The notes under the pieces are model-generated. The model did no database searches and was not told the DNA's origin. It was given only the letters and a program-made list of their open reading frames with translations. Made by a program: the position numbers and the translations under genes. Below are positions 58,450 through 64,000 of a stretch of DNA of 64,000 bases, one piece after another. How positions within the stretch are numbered: position 1 is the first letter of the stretch; each line of letters opens with the position of its first letter. Source of the DNA: Chrysomallon squamiferum (Eukaryota; Animalia; Mollusca); assembly GCA_012295275.1 (NCBI GenBank), contig CM022677.1, positions 25,358,001 to 25,422,000 on the forward strand, given 5' to 3'.

Positions 58450-59155
58450 ATGGCGTGTATTCCCTCAGACGTGGTGGCAATGTCGTCGTTGTTCATTATC
58501 GCGTGCTTCTGTGTGACAGCTACGTCTTGCGAGAAATCCAACATCAACATCGGCGTCATTCTGCCGGTGGGAGGGCGGTTGCTGTGGGCGATGCACAAAA
58601 CGCGGCCCGCGCTCGAACTCGCCGTGTCGTCCGTGAACAACAACAGCGACCTCCTTCACGACTACTCCCTGCGCCTCCTCTACAGGGACTCCAACTGCTC
58701 GGACACCATGGGACCTCTGGCCGCCATCAACATGTACATCGAGAAGTCGGCGCACGTCTTCGTCGGGCCTGGCTGCGACTACGCCGTCGCTCCCATCGCT
58801 CGGTACTCCTACAGCTGGGGGATCCCCGTGCTGACCGCGGGAGCCCTGGTGCACGTGTTCCAGGACAAGAGCAAGTACCCGCTGCTCACGCGCATGATGG
58901 GCTCCTACTCGAAAGTGGGCAAGTCGTTCATGTCGCTGATCAAGAAGTTTGCGTGGAAGACGGTGGGCATGATCTACAGCGACCACAAGAGGAACCCGGA
59001 GAAAGGCAGCTCCAAGTGCTACTTCGCCCTGAAGGCGATTTTCCTCGACCTGGTGCGGTACACGCGCCAAGACTCCTGGTACACCAACTTCGACACCAAC
59101 GACGAAAACGTGGACTTCGAGTCGATGCTAAACGAAGCGAGACTTAACTGTAGAA
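58450..59155 (+). CDS. Cassette C: first coding exon of an atrial natriuretic peptide receptor-like / receptor guanylyl cyclase (signal peptide + N-terminal ANF_receptor domain), 235 codons + 1 nt
   Basis: ATG at 58450 (alternative in-frame ATG 58480), signal MSSLFIIACFCVTATS, motifs INIGVILP, TRPALELAV, YRDSNCSDTMGPLAAI, HVFVGPGCDYAVAPIARYSYSWGIPVLTAGA, YPLLTRMMGSY, FAWKTVGMIY, SKCYF. GC3-rich. Ends at A|GTAAGT 59155/59156, phase 1. Confidence 0.94.
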
Positions 59156-59189
59156 GTAAGTTGTGCCATTTTTTTTTATTTAATATTCT

Positions 59190-59572
59190 TTTATTACGTC
59201 ACAAGGACCTCGCTGTATTCCGTAATTGTTATTACGTCACAAGGAGTTTGTTATATTCAGTAATAATTGTTATTACGTCACAAGGGGTTTGTTATGTTCA
59301 ATGATTGTTATTACGTCACAAGGAGTTTGTTGTATTCAATGATTGTTATTACGTCACAACGAGTTTGTTGTATTCAATAATCGTTATTACGTCATATATT
59401 AGTTGTTTTATTTAATGACTGTATTGCGTCATAAGTAAGTTCTATTCAGTTATAGTTGCTACGTCACAGTTTCTATGTTCAATAATAATTATAACGTCGT
59501 AAGCTAGTTATACGTAATAATTGTTATTACGTCATAAGTTCATTATATTCATTAATTGTTGTTATGTCACAT
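59190..59572. repeat. About 38-bp minisatellite, about 11 copies, consensus ATTGTTATTACGTCACAAGGAGTTTGTTGTATTCAATG
   Basis: TTACGTCA at 59194, 59232, 59273, 59311, 59349, 59387, 59527, with decayed copies at about 59424, 59459, 59492, 59562. Confidence 0.9.
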
Positions 59573-60681
59573 GTTGTTTGTTACAATTCAACAGTCTTTG
59601 TTTTGTCACAGTTTTCTGAAACTGGGTCTTAGACCAGTGTTACAGTATCTTAACGAACTGAGTATTTTAATTCGTTTACCTACTGTGACGTCATGGGATA
59701 CGTCGTGGAAACTTTTAATACCTGTTACTTTGATATTTCCAGAGACATTTTTTTTAACTGTTGTTAACTGTGAAGTCGTCAAATATTCTCACACCTTCAT
59801 TGTAATTATTATTGTTTCTAATAACAAATCATTTCTACGACATGAAATCATCCTCGTCAACAGAACAATATTATTGTTTATAATACAATGCATACTGAGA
59901 AAACAACAGCGAGCGAATGAAAGAGAAAAAGAAACAGAGAGAATGAGAGAAAGAATCACAGAGAGAGAAAAAAAATAATTCTCTGATATCGACAGACAGA
60001 CGTAGAGAAAGACACACACATACACACATAGACAGACAGACAGATAAATAAACGGACAGACAGACAGACAGACTAACAGACACGGAGAGAGATAAAAGGA
60101 GAAAAATGAAAGAACTAAAACAAATTATATGAATATCTCAAGATCAAATAACCACATCAATCGTGCTGTCAGAAGGTGACAATGTTTCAGACATTTGAAA
60201 CCGACGTCAATTGTTTAATCTGCCCTTTTCACCCCTTTTCTCTTTGCAAACTCGGCTGCGGTTCTTTTTGTCACTCAGTATATTAACACGTCTCACTGAA
60301 TCTCACTTCAAGGCCGGTTCTCGATATTTACTAAGCTCGTAATTGTGGCTTTGGATAAAGATGGCTAATAGCGAAAAAGCCGGCATCTATTCAAGACGTG
60401 TTGTTGTCATAAATAAACATATCATTTCCTCTGTCTGTCCGTTTCGTCTGTTTGTGTTGTTGTTTATCGTATTGTTGTTGTTGTGTCTGTCTCTGTCTGT
60501 GTGTTGTGTGTGTTCTTATTATTTGTTCACGTACTTATCAGTTTATTATTAACACGTTCTGTGTTTCTTTGCTGGTTTTTTACCTTTCGTTAGTTTTCTT
60601 GTTTATCTTTCTGCGGTTCTTCAGGTTTAGTTTTTTGAAATTTTTTTTTTTTTTTTCCCAGTTTGTCTGTCTGTCTGTCTG

Positions 60682-60790
<109 letters not shown>

Positions 60791-61195
60791 CTTTACAATT
60801 TCAAGTTATACACAGGTTCTCAAAGCAGATTTATCAAAACCTATAGCATGTATATTCATTCCCATCTATGGGTAGGCGCACATAAATATTTTTTACTGCT
60901 GTACTAACAAGAAGATCCCGTGATGTAACACCCATTTGTTTCTGCCTTCATTAGCTGTTTCATCATAAATCACAAACAGCCGTAGACTGAAATAGGTGGA
61001 ACCTGTCAGTAAATAAGCTATCTCTTTCTTTATCCTTGGCTCACATTTGTCTCAGCTTTCTTCGATTATAGAACCTCATTTTTTAACAAACTGTTTATAG
61101 CAGACATCTTGTTGGCATTAATAAATGTAGCTGGTGGAATGACGTAGAATGCTGGTTACGTTATTCATTATTAATTTTACTGAACAGAAGGTGGT

Positions 61196-61385
<190 letters not shown>

Positions 61386-62319
61386 CTATGGTCATTATAA
61401 TTTTGGCAACTATTTGTTTATTCTTATTATCAAGTCTCGTTGTTTATTCTCGTTATTATCCTCATTATAATCAGTAGCACCAGTATTGTTATTTTAGTTA
61501 TTAACAATTTGAAGAAGCAAGACTTCATCTTCTTCTTTCTTTTCTTTTTCTTCTCCTTCTTCTTCTTCTCCTTCTTCTTCTTCTTCTTCTTCTTCTTCTT
61601 CTTCATCTTCTTCTTCTTCTTCTTCTTCTTCTTTGACGAGAATATCAGCTATTTTAACCCGGAGCTGGCCACTTTAATCAGTTCAACACTTTTAACGTGA
61701 TTATCTCAACAGACAGCTCAAGCACGCCCGTCGTGGGCCCGCTGTAATAGGAATCGCTTTTCGAATAGTTGCGATTTACGTCTGAACGATATTCAGATTG
61801 ATTTACACAAACGTCGGACGTCCGGTAATGGAATAATCCTTTGGGACGGACGTAAATCAAATTCGGACTCATTGGCAATCAGGTCTGTGACAAGGGCCAG
61901 AGATTGCACTTAGGTGCCGTCAGTCAGTTACTTGGGTTCACGTACGCATGTGATGGACACACTAACGGATGAGTGAAATGTACGTACAAAATAGGGTTAC
62001 TATGCTACAGACTTATAGAGATGATGGTATCATCATGATGATCATCATCATCATTAAGTCTGTTAGCATAATCACCTTCATTACTATCATCATTCAGAAT
62101 AACAATTTCTTTAAATGATTATACATTTTAGAATTTTAATAAAATGCCATTGAAAACTCAAATAACGGTTAAGATAATGGGGATGATAATGAGTTAGTGA
62201 TAATGAATTTTACACAGTCACAAGTTTTAAGTAAACAAAATATTAATAGTAAAAGTTGTTTTGTGTTGTAATAGCAGAAGTTGACATAAAGCAAGCAACC
62301 ATGTAGCAAAAGCAACAAG

Positions 62320-62536
62320 CGCTGAAGTAGTAGTAGAAATAGTAGAAGTCGTAGAAGTAATAGTAGCAGCAGCATCAACACTTGTAGCAGTAGCAGTAGT
62401 AGTAGTTGTAGCTGTAGTAATGGTAGTAGTAGTCGTTGTAGCATTAACAGTAGGTTTAGTAGTAGTGGTTAATAGTAGTAGTAGCAGTAGTACTGGTCCT
62501 AGTAGCAATAGTAGTGGTAGCAGTAGCAGCAGCAGC

Positions 62537-62572
<36 letters not shown>

Positions 62573-62770
62573 TGCCGAAGTAGTTATAGTGGTGGTAGAA
62601 ACAGTAGCATTAACATTTCTAGCGGTAGTAATGATAAGAGTAGTATAGTAGTGGTAACAGCAGCAGTAATAGTAGTAACAGTAGTGGTAGTAAGAAAAAA
62701 CGATACTAGTAGTAGCAGCAGTAGTAGCGATGGTAATAACAGTAGTAGCAGCAATAGTTGTTGTGGTAAC
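62320..62770. repeat. Degenerate (AGT/AGC)n low-complexity block
   Basis: Direct inspection; gives poly-Ser/Val/Thr/Leu ORFs. Confidence 0.85.
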
Positions 62771-63241
62771 TGCAGAACACAAGGAGGAAGACGAAAAAGA
62801 AAACAGAGCACTTAGATTTATCTTTAATAACAAAACACAATCTAAAATTAACATTCTTACTTGAGATTGGATTTCCATTACCAAAACACCCCCGTACGCA
62901 GGCTCCCTTCTGGTGTATCACTCAAAAAAAAAAATAACATGCTTAAGATGAGAGGAAAATTAACTGTTTTGTGAGACCATTTGCCGCTCCATCATGCAGA
63001 CGACAGAATTCAAAATGGCGGTATTACTTCCGCTGAAAAGCATGAGATACAGCAGATGGCACAGCAATGCATATTAATGGCAAATATATTTTTTATTCGA
63101 CGAACCGTGACATTGCTAGAGTTATTGGTCTTGTTTATAGGTTGTAACGGAAGTATTATCAGATACGCTTCATTAATTTCAGAAGATTAATAACCTCTGT
63201 TTTATGTTTCTTTCTCCTTCTTTTGTTGTTTCTTTTCTTTT

Positions 63242-63278
<37 letters not shown>

Positions 63279-64000
63279 CCCTCGGCTTAAAGATTCTGAA
63301 AACTTATAACAGATTTTAGGATTGTTATGAAAAGAAATCTTTTAAAATGAAGTATATTTTTTTTTTTTTTTTTCTTTCTTTTGTTTATTTCTTTTTAATT
63401 TTTTTTTTTAATTTTATTATTATTTTTTTTTTTACGTTTTTATTTTTCATTTTGCTTTTTAAATATATATTTTAACGTGTTAAACGAGAAAAGAAAACAT
63501 ATTATTTTTTTTATTTATGTATCATATTCGCACAATGATAATCTGCTAAACAGAAAACCACATGAAATGTAACTCCAAATCCCGCTTTACTTTTTTTTTT
63601 TTTTCTCAGTTGTCAGTGAAGTTGCAGAAAATCTCAGTTTTTACAATAACTGACACTGTGTTTTGTGTGCATCTATTAGTGAGGATTAAGCTGCCCACGA
63701 GAACTGAAGGTAATTTGGACTGTCGAGAAGAGTGTTCGTGTTCGGTTTGATTTTCAACAATAATGTCCCCCGGAGGACCAGGAATAAAACAACAAAAAAA
63801 AAAGAAAAATAACAACGAAGAATTAATGTCTGAGTTTTGAGAATTTTGTTTTTGTTTCTTGTGTGTGTGTATCGTGGAGATATTTTTTATTTAAAAAAAA
63901 AAAAAAATTCTTTTCACGTTTTGTTTTATAAATTTGGCGAGAAGTTAATTTCGTGAGGACGTGTTTCATTAATAATATTTCTTGTTAAAACCTTTTTTCA

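Noticed and set aside
58455-59147. Overlapping 230-aa + and 201-aa - ORFs in cassette C
   Set aside because: Shadow ORFs of a GC3-rich exon; no recognisable motifs.
59156-59304. C-terminal 49 codons of the 297-aa ORF
   Set aside because: Read-through past the GTAAGT donor into AT-rich intron and the 38-bp minisatellite; homology ends at 59155.
59190-59572. CRISPR-like periodicity
   Set aside because: Whole units are similar (no unique spacers), eukaryotic intron context, no cas genes.

Overview
AT-rich, extremely microsatellite-rich animal genomic DNA, probably an invertebrate such as a mollusc or crustacean (taxon is inference only). Almost all ORF-track entries are translations of (AG)n/(CT)n, (AC)n, (AT)n, (AAT)n and (TAC)n repeats. 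The only convincing coding sequence is four + strand exons forming three paralogous N-terminal cassettes of a natriuretic-peptide-receptor / receptor guanylyl cyclase ectodomain (ANF_receptor family): A (5566-6256), B (12355-12698 + 15170-15546) and C (58450-59155). Each has its own ATG and signal peptide, and each ends at a GTAAGT phase-1 donor at the homologous position. I see no downstream receptor exons (second ectodomain part, TM, kinase-homology, cyclase) between or after them. The simplest model is a protocadherin/UGT1A-style array of variable first exons with separate promoters, spliced onto shared constant exons beyond the window; this needs transcript data to confirm. The non-coding space holds degenerate tandem repeats (one carrying a CRE-like motif per unit), a CTCF-like site, bZIP/E-box motif clusters and a probable SINE fragment.
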